A stretch of 64,000 bases of DNA from an uncultured Desulfurococcales archaeon. Its GTDB lineage: Archaea > Thermoproteota > Thermoprotei_A > EX4484-217-1. Under the pieces are notes generated by a model, which saw nothing but the letters and a program-made list of their open reading frames with translations, did no database searches and was not told the origin of the DNA. Below are positions 56,843-64,000 of the stretch, piece after piece. Location of the stretch: the NCBI GenBank assembly GCA_964526225.1, contig CAZGLL010000002.1, positions 1,248-65,247 on the forward strand, written 5' to 3'. The position numbers and the translations under genes are program-made. The stretch's first letter is position 1. The number at the start of each line of letters is the position of its first letter.

Positions 56843-57667
56843 CTACCGCTTTTTACTTTTACTTAAAACCTCACATATTTCCTCTTCTAGAAACTTGAAT
56901 TCCGAAATGGATTTTCTCCGAAGATTCCATTGCATGTTCATATACCTACCTAAGTATAGCTTCTCAGCTAACTCTATTTCCAAAGATGTTGGTTTATCGA
57001 AAAACGACTCTAAACCTAAGGTTTCCGAAAAACCATCGATAATTAGATTTGCAATTTCCCAGAATGAAATCCTCCTTCCGATAATTGTTGAGAGATTATT
57101 GACTCTATACTTTACCGGATCAACGTCTTTATACGGTTGGTTTCTAGGAGGAATAATTAAAACCTCGTATAGTGTTTTTAAATCCGCATTTATGAGAAGA
57201 GATCCATGAAGAAATATCGTATTCCAACGTAGTGAAGCTGCTACCCCTGAAACCTTCCATCCGTGGACTACAACATCGTTTACGTTTCTTACCTCAGGTT
57301 TTAACCCTAAATTCCTAAGTGCTGTAAGAATTCCGTTTAAAACATATGTGTAAATGCGGTTCACAGTCTTCTTTATTCTTGAATCCTTAATAACTAATGT
57401 ATAGTTTAAATTGCCCATATCGTGGTATACTGCTCCACCGCCAGTAAACCTTCTAACAATAGGTATGTTTCTACTTTCAGCTAGGGAAACACGTACTTCA
57501 TCATTTACGTTTCTTAAATATCCGATTACTATTGCTTTCTCGTTTCTCCATATCCTTAAAATAAAGCATTTTTCCTCTGTAGAACATGCTCTAGCTAAGG
57601 CTTCCTCGAATGCTAAGTTAAAATATGGGTTTCCCGGTTTTTCGAAAAGAAGCACTCTTAGACTCAT
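56843..57667 (-). CDS. lplA: lipoate--protein ligase A (catalytic domain)
   Basis: 'RRFTGGGAVYHD' BPL/LPL catalytic motif, in 274 aa. Confidence 0.8.
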   Translation of the reverse strand: MSLRVLLFEKPGNPYFNLAFEEALARACSTEEKCFILRIWRNEKAIVIGYLRNVNDEVRVSLAESRNIPIVRRFTGGGAVYHDMGNLNYTLVIKDSRIKKTVNRIYTYVLNGILTALRNLGLKPEVRNVNDVVVHGWKVSGVAASLRWNTIFLHGSLLINADLKTLYEVLIIPPRNQPYKDVDPVKYRVNNLSTIIGRRISFWEIANLIIDGFSETLGLESFFDKPTSLEIELAEKLYLGRYMNMQWNLRRKSISEFKFLEEEICEVLSKSKKR

Positions 57668-57676
57668 AGTTTTCAG

Positions 57677-59071
57677 CTACATTACAGCTCTTATTGTTTC
57701 AAGCTTTCTAATAGCTACATCAACTATGTCATGCGGTCCAACAGTTACCGCAGCTATACCATTTTTTAGAAGAGTGTTTATTGTTTTCTGCTTATCTTCG
57801 ATGGCCCTAATAGCTCTTATCCTGTAAATGGCTGCTTGAATCCCCTTAAGCGTTATTGCTTCAAAAAATTCAATCATAGGTACAATCATGAAAACAATGT
57901 TGTTTCTAGCTTGTAGCTCCTTAAGAATATCTATGAATTCCCCTAGGCCTTCACCGTAATGTAGTGTTGAGAAAATAACCAAGACGTTTCTTTCCCTAGG
58001 TAAATATCTTGGTAAATTCTTTCTCAAAACATTTGCTAAGTAAGTATAGTTTAAACCTGAAATCTCATGTGACGTCGGCCATTCTATTCTAGCTAGCTCC
58101 TTAGTGATAGACGTTAATCCTCTAACGCCTCTCTCTAACGGTAAAATACGTGATATCTTGTCTCCGATGTAAACTAGGCCTACAGAATCCCCTTTTCTAA
58201 GAGAATAGTTAGCTATAGCTAAAGCAGCTCTAGCAACGTATTCAGCAGCAGTATTTCCCCATGACCCAGTAAAAGCTGGCGATCTCAAATCAAGTATTAG
58301 GAAAATGTTGAGGGAAACTTCGTGTTCGAATTCTTTAACGAAAAACCTTTGAGCACCAAATCGAGCCGAAGCTTTCCACTCAATCCATTTGTATTCATCA
58401 CCTGGAACGTATTCCCTAACACCGTAAAATTCTATACCATAACCTTTCCTTTTGGCCCTAGATAAACCAGCAGGCTTAGTACTATACGATCCCCTAAACC
58501 CAACTATCGATACAGGTTTAGGATAAATCCTTATTTGAAAGGTATCACCTACATCAGCTGTTGATTTGAAAAATCCGAAGAAATCCCTTATAGTTATTCT
58601 CACAGGAGGAAATGTGTGAACACCTATCCTTGGAAGTAGAACATATGTTAACTTTATTTCCGATTTCGGAGGAATAGTTAGCGCTGTTTTAGGCGAGCCT
58701 TTAACTAACTTAAATGTTGTCGGATAGTTTAAAACTACTTCAGCATATTCCAAAGGAATTATTGTTGGGTTCTTAATTATCGTTGTTACTTTAAGCTCTC
58801 TCCCTTCAATAGCTATTTCTGGAGCTTCTCTCTCAACAACAAGCTTCCTTAGAGCTAACGCTTCAGCCTTCATGAAAATATTTGAGGCTGTAAGTAGCAA
58901 CAGAAGGAAAAGAGATAGTGAAAGAAGTGTTGCTGATTCTTCTCTAGCAAAAATTATTCCTAATACGAAGAGAAGAGCTGCTAACGAAACAGTTGCGTAA
59001 GCTCTTGAAGTATACTGTTCGAGGGGAGGAAGCTTTAGCCCAATAGCTTCCTCTTCTCTACGGTTAGACAA
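57677..59071 (-). CDS. DUF58-domain protein (vWA-like, MoxR-associated) with N-terminal TM helices
   Basis: 464 aa with two N-terminal TM segments and a DUF58 core ('YVPGDEYKWIEWKASAR'). It is immediately downstream of moxR. Confidence 0.7.
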   Translation of the reverse strand: MSNRREEEAIGLKLPPLEQYTSRAYATVSLAALLFVLGIIFAREESATLLSLSLFLLLLLTASNIFMKAEALALRKLVVEREAPEIAIEGRELKVTTIIKNPTIIPLEYAEVVLNYPTTFKLVKGSPKTALTIPPKSEIKLTYVLLPRIGVHTFPPVRITIRDFFGFFKSTADVGDTFQIRIYPKPVSIVGFRGSYSTKPAGLSRAKRKGYGIEFYGVREYVPGDEYKWIEWKASARFGAQRFFVKEFEHEVSLNIFLILDLRSPAFTGSWGNTAAEYVARAALAIANYSLRKGDSVGLVYIGDKISRILPLERGVRGLTSITKELARIEWPTSHEISGLNYTYLANVLRKNLPRYLPRERNVLVIFSTLHYGEGLGEFIDILKELQARNNIVFMIVPMIEFFEAITLKGIQAAIYRIRAIRAIEDKQKTINTLLKNGIAAVTVGPHDIVDVAIRKLETIRAVM

Positions 59072-59085
59072 AACAGATACCCTCG

Positions 59086-60027
59086 TTAAGGCTTAGGAAC
59101 TTCCACTTTCTTCAAAACTTCTTCAATAACGTTTTCGGGAGTGTATCCTTCAAACTCGTATTCCGGCTTAAGAATAATCCTATGTACAAGTGATGGTGTA
59201 ACAACGGCTTTAACATCGTCAGGTATTACATAATCTCTACCTTCCATTAAAGCCCATATTCTTGAAAGCCTGTAAATAGCTATAGCACCTCTAGGTGAAG
59301 CACCAAGCTTAACTGCAGGATGTTTATGGGTTTCTTCAACTATCGAAACAATGTACTCGTAAATAGCATCGTCAACATGTACTTTTTCAGCTTCCTCCCT
59401 AGCTTTAAGAACGTCTTCTGCTCCTGCAACAGGTTCTAACTTTTCTATTTCTCTTTCAATCATATCTATTCTCTTAAGAACCTCAATTAAGCCCCTATGA
59501 GATGGATGCTTAGTATTAAGCTTAACTAGGAACCTATCCAGTTGAGCCTCCGGTAGCGGAAACGTACCTTCCATTTCGATTGGGTTTTGTGTTGCTATTA
59601 CTGTGAATGGTTTTGGTAGTTTGTGTGTTTCCCCTTCTATTGTAACCTGCTTTTCCTGCATAGCCTCCAACAAAGCACTTTGAGTCCTAGGAGAAGCACG
59701 ATTAACCTCATCAGCCAAAACAATATTAGCAAAAACAGGGCCCTTTCTCGTTTCAAACTCTCCAGTTTTTGGATTGTAAACTTTTGTCCCTAAAATGTCG
59801 GCTGGTAGCAGGTCAGGTGTAAACTGTATTCTTCTAAACTTTAAATTGAAAAGTTTAGAAACAACTCTTGCAGTAAGTGTTTTAGCTATTCCCGGAACAC
59901 CCTCTAATAAAATATGTCCTTCAGTAATCATCGACGCTACAATAAATTTAACTTCGTTCTCTCTTTCAACAACAATACTACTTGATTTCTCAAGAACCTT
60001 CCTCATAATTTCCGAGAACTTTGACAA
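59086..60027 (-). CDS. MoxR-family AAA+ ATPase
   Basis: 'LLEGVPGIAKTL' Walker A, 'VLADEVNR' Walker B and sensor motifs. 313 aa. Confidence 0.9.
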   Translation of the reverse strand: MSKFSEIMRKVLEKSSSIVVERENEVKFIVASMITEGHILLEGVPGIAKTLTARVVSKLFNLKFRRIQFTPDLLPADILGTKVYNPKTGEFETRKGPVFANIVLADEVNRASPRTQSALLEAMQEKQVTIEGETHKLPKPFTVIATQNPIEMEGTFPLPEAQLDRFLVKLNTKHPSHRGLIEVLKRIDMIEREIEKLEPVAGAEDVLKAREEAEKVHVDDAIYEYIVSIVEETHKHPAVKLGASPRGAIAIYRLSRIWALMEGRDYVIPDDVKAVVTPSLVHRIILKPEYEFEGYTPENVIEEVLKKVEVPKP

Positions 60028-60141
60028 TGCTCAATCCCTACAAGGGGTAGTTTATTTTAGAATACATAATATTTTCTCTAATAGTTTGATTTAGAGTAAA
60101 TCTAAAAGTTCTTGGAGCGAGAATAAGATAAGTGATAAGGT

Positions 60142-61389
60142 ATGAAAGCGTCATTAACATTATTTGCGACGGTTTTGGTGGTTTCGCTACTTATATGCTC
60201 ATCCGTAGTTAATGCTGCTGTTGTAAGGCATTCTCAGCAGTTTGTAGACTATGTAGAAACAGTAGCTACTGAAACCTTAGCTACCCAATTACCACAAATA
60301 CCTGAGGAAGCACTTCAATTAGCTAGCGAAATTGAGTCTCTTGTCCCAGAATTCTCTGATCCTGAAATACAAAGGGAACTTCTAGAAATATCTAAGCTTC
60401 TGGAGGAGGGGAATACCGTTGAAGCTATTAATAACTATCAAGAACTTATGGACTATGCCGCAAACCTTTTAGAATCAGGGGGATTAAGTGTCGAAGAATA
60501 TGGGGAACTTCTTAGAATATTCTCTCAAATGACAACCTTAGCGGGGGAGTTATCTGTTGATCAGCAGATAGCTTTGAGAAACTACTATGCTTCATATATG
60601 AATAGATTATCAGATAAACTATACTACGAAGGAATAACCAGTAACAACATGGATCTTGTTGAGTTAGCTGAGGAGCTTAAAGATCTCTCCTATGCTCTAA
60701 AATCCGGAGATGCTTCATTAAACGATATTGAGAGAGTACTTAGCTCTCTTGAAATGCTGTCCTCTAAAAAGCAGATAGCTCCTGAAACTCTTGAAGATAT
60801 AGATCAAAGCCTTAACGTCCTTAGAAATGTGGCGTCAATATTTCCGGAGCAAACAGTAACATCGCCTCATGCTCTTGGAGGCGACGGATTAAGTAGTTTC
60901 GTTAAAAACTATGTTGGCTCCTTGAGAACGCCATTAATAACTATGCCTTCTATAGCTTTAAGTTCTCTAGCTTCAAATACGACAACGCTAATGTATGTTG
61001 GAGCGATCGTCGGAGCAATGGTCCTTACATACTTCTTAGTAATGTTCCTTAGAAAGTTCGGCGTAAAGGTTTCAGCTAGAAAGGTTGTTGAAAAAATAGT
61101 GTATAGTGTTAAGCGCGAAATTAAAGCTAAGGTAAGAATAAGCGGGGTAATAGAGGCTTACTGGTACGCTGTAGGTATTCTTTCAAAGCTCGTTCCCAAA
61201 CTAAACTATGAAACTCATAGAGAGTATCTGAAAAAAGTGCGAATAAATGATATTAGAGGAGATTTTGAAAAACTAACCTTTCTCTACGAAAAAGACAGGT
61301 TTTCAAGGGAAAAAGCAAGTGAAAAAGAATCTGAAGAGGCTGAGTATTTAGCTAAGAAAATAGAATTAAATGTTTTGAAAAGAATTTAG
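60142..61389 (+). CDS. secreted alpha-helical protein with signal peptide and C-terminal TM anchor
   Basis: 'LTLFATVLVVSLLICSSVVNA' signal. The late TM is 'LMYVGAIVGAMVLTYFLVMFL'. Confidence 0.5.
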   Translation: MKASLTLFATVLVVSLLICSSVVNAAVVRHSQQFVDYVETVATETLATQLPQIPEEALQLASEIESLVPEFSDPEIQRELLEISKLLEEGNTVEAINNYQELMDYAANLLESGGLSVEEYGELLRIFSQMTTLAGELSVDQQIALRNYYASYMNRLSDKLYYEGITSNNMDLVELAEELKDLSYALKSGDASLNDIERVLSSLEMLSSKKQIAPETLEDIDQSLNVLRNVASIFPEQTVTSPHALGGDGLSSFVKNYVGSLRTPLITMPSIALSSLASNTTTLMYVGAIVGAMVLTYFLVMFLRKFGVKVSARKVVEKIVYSVKREIKAKVRISGVIEAYWYAVGILSKLVPKLNYETHREYLKKVRINDIRGDFEKLTFLYEKDRFSREKASEKESEEAEYLAKKIELNVLKRI

Positions 61390-61407
61390 CATAAGAGATG
61401 ATACCAT

Positions 61408-62565
61408 ATGGACTTAGGTATAATACTTAAGGCTGTGAAGCCTATTTCAGTCTTACCGTTAATATATTCCTATACTATACTGTTCCCTACGTTATCGCCA
61501 ATGCTAAGTAACATCATATACGGACTTCTTTTACTAAATCTGAACTACATTGGAGCATTACTTTACATAGTAGGCTTCATTTTAGCATTAAATTGCCTTA
61601 TTTCTCTCGGTTCATCTAAGCCGACAACTTATTCCTCATCAATACTGTTACTTGTCGTTTCAATGCTTTGGCTTCGAATTCCCTTCGGATTTTCTGATTT
61701 AGCATTACTTGTAGTCGGATTCATAACGTATCTGATTATGGATACGTTAGCACTACCTTTCACTGCAACAAAATATGGCGGTAAGGGTCCGTTAATTAGA
61801 AAGACACGTACGAAAGGCTTATTATCTTATATTCCATTCATAGTGTTTTCTGCTTCAAAATATGCTTTACCGCTAATTTTTGGATTAACACTTTACTATG
61901 TTATAGAGTATGCTTTAACGTACCAGATAAAGGCTGGCTATGGTGTAACTGTTTTCTGGTATTTCATAACACATGAAATAGTGGGTAAAATACTTGTTTT
62001 CCTAGTTATAATAGGGTTAGGTGTTTATCTTCTAAGAGAGATTTCCGAAACACTAGTGTTTCTTTCAATGAGAGAGAAGCGTTGGGCTAAATCCTTTGTT
62101 TCTCATGAGAAAGAGCTGTACCTTAAAGAATTTTATGGTAAAGCAAGGCTCCCCTATAGAGCAACTATTGTCGGCTTCTCAGCGATAATATTTTATGTTG
62201 TAATAGTTAGTGTTTTAAGGGATTTATTTGGTTTCCTACCTATTACAAGTTTTGTAGCTTCAACTGTTTTCTCAATATTCCTGTTTCTAGCGATATCCTA
62301 TGTTTCATGGAAGATCGTTGATAAAATAATGTTCACCATAACTATTGAGCCATCATGGAAAACCGTTTATTTGCTCATGCTTATAACTTTAGCTTTTCTT
62401 GCTTATTTAGAGTTAAGATTTAATTACGTAACAATATTTATTAATATTGGAGAACCCATAGGCTTACCCATTGGCTCTTACGCTTACGAAACATACTTCG
62501 CATTTTACTCTGAATTAATCGAAATAGTTAGATTCATATCTACGGTAATAGGGGTGGTGCCATGA
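61408..62565 (+). CDS. polytopic membrane protein (hypothetical)
   Basis: 385 aa with about 9 TM helices. Confidence 0.5.
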   Translation: MDLGIILKAVKPISVLPLIYSYTILFPTLSPMLSNIIYGLLLLNLNYIGALLYIVGFILALNCLISLGSSKPTTYSSSILLLVVSMLWLRIPFGFSDLALLVVGFITYLIMDTLALPFTATKYGGKGPLIRKTRTKGLLSYIPFIVFSASKYALPLIFGLTLYYVIEYALTYQIKAGYGVTVFWYFITHEIVGKILVFLVIIGLGVYLLREISETLVFLSMREKRWAKSFVSHEKELYLKEFYGKARLPYRATIVGFSAIIFYVVIVSVLRDLFGFLPITSFVASTVFSIFLFLAISYVSWKIVDKIMFTITIEPSWKTVYLLMLITLAFLAYLELRFNYVTIFINIGEPIGLPIGSYAYETYFAFYSELIEIVRFISTVIGVVP

Positions 62566-62798
62566 AGATAAGGGCTGAAGTTAAAGAATACCTTTACTTA
62601 GCTTTAGGTGTTATAGGCCTTATTTTATCTTATCAGTTTTTCGCGTCAGCAATATCTTTTATGGCTAAAACGTATATTGCGACATCGGCTCTATCAGCAT
62701 TAATTGGCTTTACATTCTTAGCTTTCTCGGTACAGCTTTTCAAACTTAGTGCTATAGCTATGGCTCTTAGGGAGAAGGAAGAGAGAAAGGTAGGCTAG
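62562..62798 (+). CDS. small two-TM membrane protein
   Basis: 78 aa with an ATGA overlap to the upstream gene. Confidence 0.4.
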   Translation: MKIRAEVKEYLYLALGVIGLILSYQFFASAISFMAKTYIATSALSALIGFTFLAFSVQLFKLSAIAMALREKEERKVG

Positions 62799-62817
62799 AT
62801 TGAATAGAAAATACTTC

Positions 62818-64000
62818 ATGTATTCGCTCATAGTAATAGCCTTCATAGCGTTGCTTGAAACCTTACCTACACTTCCGGGTTTAGCTACTGGAGCGTCCCC
62901 TTTAAACAGTGATTGGAACGGTACATCAGTTTACGCTTCAGAACTAGAGAAGCTAGGATACCATGTCGTCCCAGTTACTAGCTGGTCTCGAGTATCTCTC
63001 GAAAACTACACTAAAGCTTTAGTGATAATAGTTTCTCCTGAACAACCTTACACCCAGAAAGACTTAGACTTCATAATTCACATAATTAATGAAGCCGAGC
63101 ATGTATCTTTCATAATAGCTGATGAAGGACCTTATTCCAACGACATACTTAAGATTCTCGGAAATAGGGTTGCAATAGATCATGAAAGAACAATTTACGG
63201 TCCAAACAATAATCCTTATCCTTTAGTCGGGCTTGAAACACCAAAAGGTGAAATTTATCAGCTATTCTTAGACTATGCTTCACCTATAATACCGATTAAC
63301 CCTCTAGGAATAAACGTTAAAGGATATATTAGCGAAGAATACGTGGCCATATACTATAGGCTAAACGACAAGGTTGAAGTTTATGTTGTAGGGGATAGCT
63401 CAATTTTCATAAATAGAAACATGATACTAAGTCCACAGCTTAAATACTTAGATTACGCTTTAGCTTTAGCTAAAGACTTGGCACCTAACCCTAAAGAAAC
63501 AATCGTTCTTTTCGAATCGTCAAAGTACCCTGTAAAACCCCTTACTCCCCAAGAGCTCTTCTATTTGGGTGCAGCTACTTTCGACATTGAAAAAATACTA
63601 TATGCCATAGCGATTTACCTTCACCCTATAATGTGGTTTCCAAAATTAGCTTCGAAAATATTGTCAATAGAAAATACCATTCTTCAGAAATACATTTTAT
63701 CCGTAGGATACTTCGCAGCATTAGCTTTAGCCGTAACCTTATTCCTTATTAGAGGAAGAATGGGTAAAATCGTTGGAGCAAAAATTCATGTTAACGATGT
63801 TGCCGAGAAACCTCCTGAAGAAATAGATATTCTAGTGGATACTCCAATAAGAAGAGTTGTTATTTCTGGGAAAGTTAAGCTTACAAGCTCGGATTTCGAA
63901 GCACTCTACACAGCACTAGATGTTGCTTTCAGAAAAACAATTGGTAAAACATTTAGTGATTCAGATTTCCCAAATATTCTAGCTAAACTAACAGGTCTAG
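62818..64000 (+). CDS. secreted DUF4350-like protein (MoxR/DUF58-associated), 3' end beyond the window
   Basis: The manual frame gives 'MYSLIVIAFIALLETLPTLPGLATGASPL…' with a signal peptide. The ORF stays open to the window end. Confidence 0.55.
   Translation, partial: MYSLIVIAFIALLETLPTLPGLATGASPLNSDWNGTSVYASELEKLGYHVVPVTSWSRVSLENYTKALVIIVSPEQPYTQKDLDFIIHIINEAEHVSFIIADEGPYSNDILKILGNRVAIDHERTIYGPNNNPYPLVGLETPKGEIYQLFLDYASPIIPINPLGINVKGYISEEYVAIYYRLNDKVEVYVVGDSSIFINRNMILSPQLKYLDYALALAKDLAPNPKETIVLFESSKYPVKPLTPQELFYLGAATFDIEKILYAIAIYLHPIMWFPKLASKILSIENTILQKYILSVGYFAALALAVTLFLIRGRMGKIVGAKIHVNDVAEKPPEEIDILVDTPIRRVVISGKVKLTSSDFEALYTALDVAFRKTIGKTFSDSDFPNILAKLTGL

Noticed and set aside
56716-56898. 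60-aa ORF spanning the GC-rich island next to the C/D sRNA.
   Set aside because: The Gly/Ala/Arg-rich translation is an artefact of GC-rich structured RNA sequence. It overlaps the sRNA on the other strand.
1-64000. CRISPR arrays, rRNA or tRNA genes.
   Set aside because: No regularly spaced direct repeats of 24–37 nt were seen. No tRNA-like cloverleaf or GTTCGAATC signatures were found in the GC-rich islands, and no rRNA-like regions.

Overview
This looks like a chromosomal segment from a crenarchaeal hyperthermophile (Sulfolobales-like), and the novel-system candidates are tentative because nothing could be checked against homologs. The supporting signals are an AT-rich genome, frequent GTG/TTG starts, ATGA-type overlaps between adjacent genes, a LacS-like GH1 beta-glycosidase, a Tfx regulator and C/D-box sRNAs. 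About 70 genes are dense and mostly housekeeping or metabolic. They include a phenylacetate-CoA ligase / Na-solute symporter / indolepyruvate ferredoxin oxidoreductase (iorAB) aromatic-acid cluster; a three-subunit molybdenum hydroxylase divergent from a PreA-like flavo-FeS protein; an ECF transporter with a fused tandem ATPase; AsnRS, TsaA, LplA; a PfkB+BtpA pair; a split BMP-type ABC importer; a GH1 glycosidase; and a MoxR–DUF58 module with DUF4350-like partners. Accessory content comprises one VapBC and two HEPN/MNT toxin–antitoxin pairs, a KaiC-like ATPase locus, and a decayed TnpB (IS200/IS605 family) carrying two in-frame stops and a GC-rich ωRNA-like 3' end. There is also a methyltransferase gene needing a +1 frameshift and a tandem of tiny membrane peptides. 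The sequence contains one textbook C/D-box sRNA (56693–56747, minus strand) and three weaker C/D candidates, plus two GC-rich structured islands at ~24160–24225 and ~56760–56830. The candidates for something new are: (i) a 245-aa protein fusing an N-terminal ribbon-helix-helix DNA-binding module to a compact non-catalytic proteasome-alpha-type domain; (ii) two convergent, paralogous small helical proteins followed by a ~600-nt ORF-free stretch; (iii) an orphan cluster of hypotheticals (NfeD-like without stomatin, YkgJ-like, 200-aa and 220-aa unknowns, a basic-tail small protein plus a PD-(D/E)xK-like protein flanking sRNA candidates); (iv) an AT-rich ASKHA/FGGY-like gene inserted into the ECF transporter locus. 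No CRISPR array, tRNA or rRNA was found.
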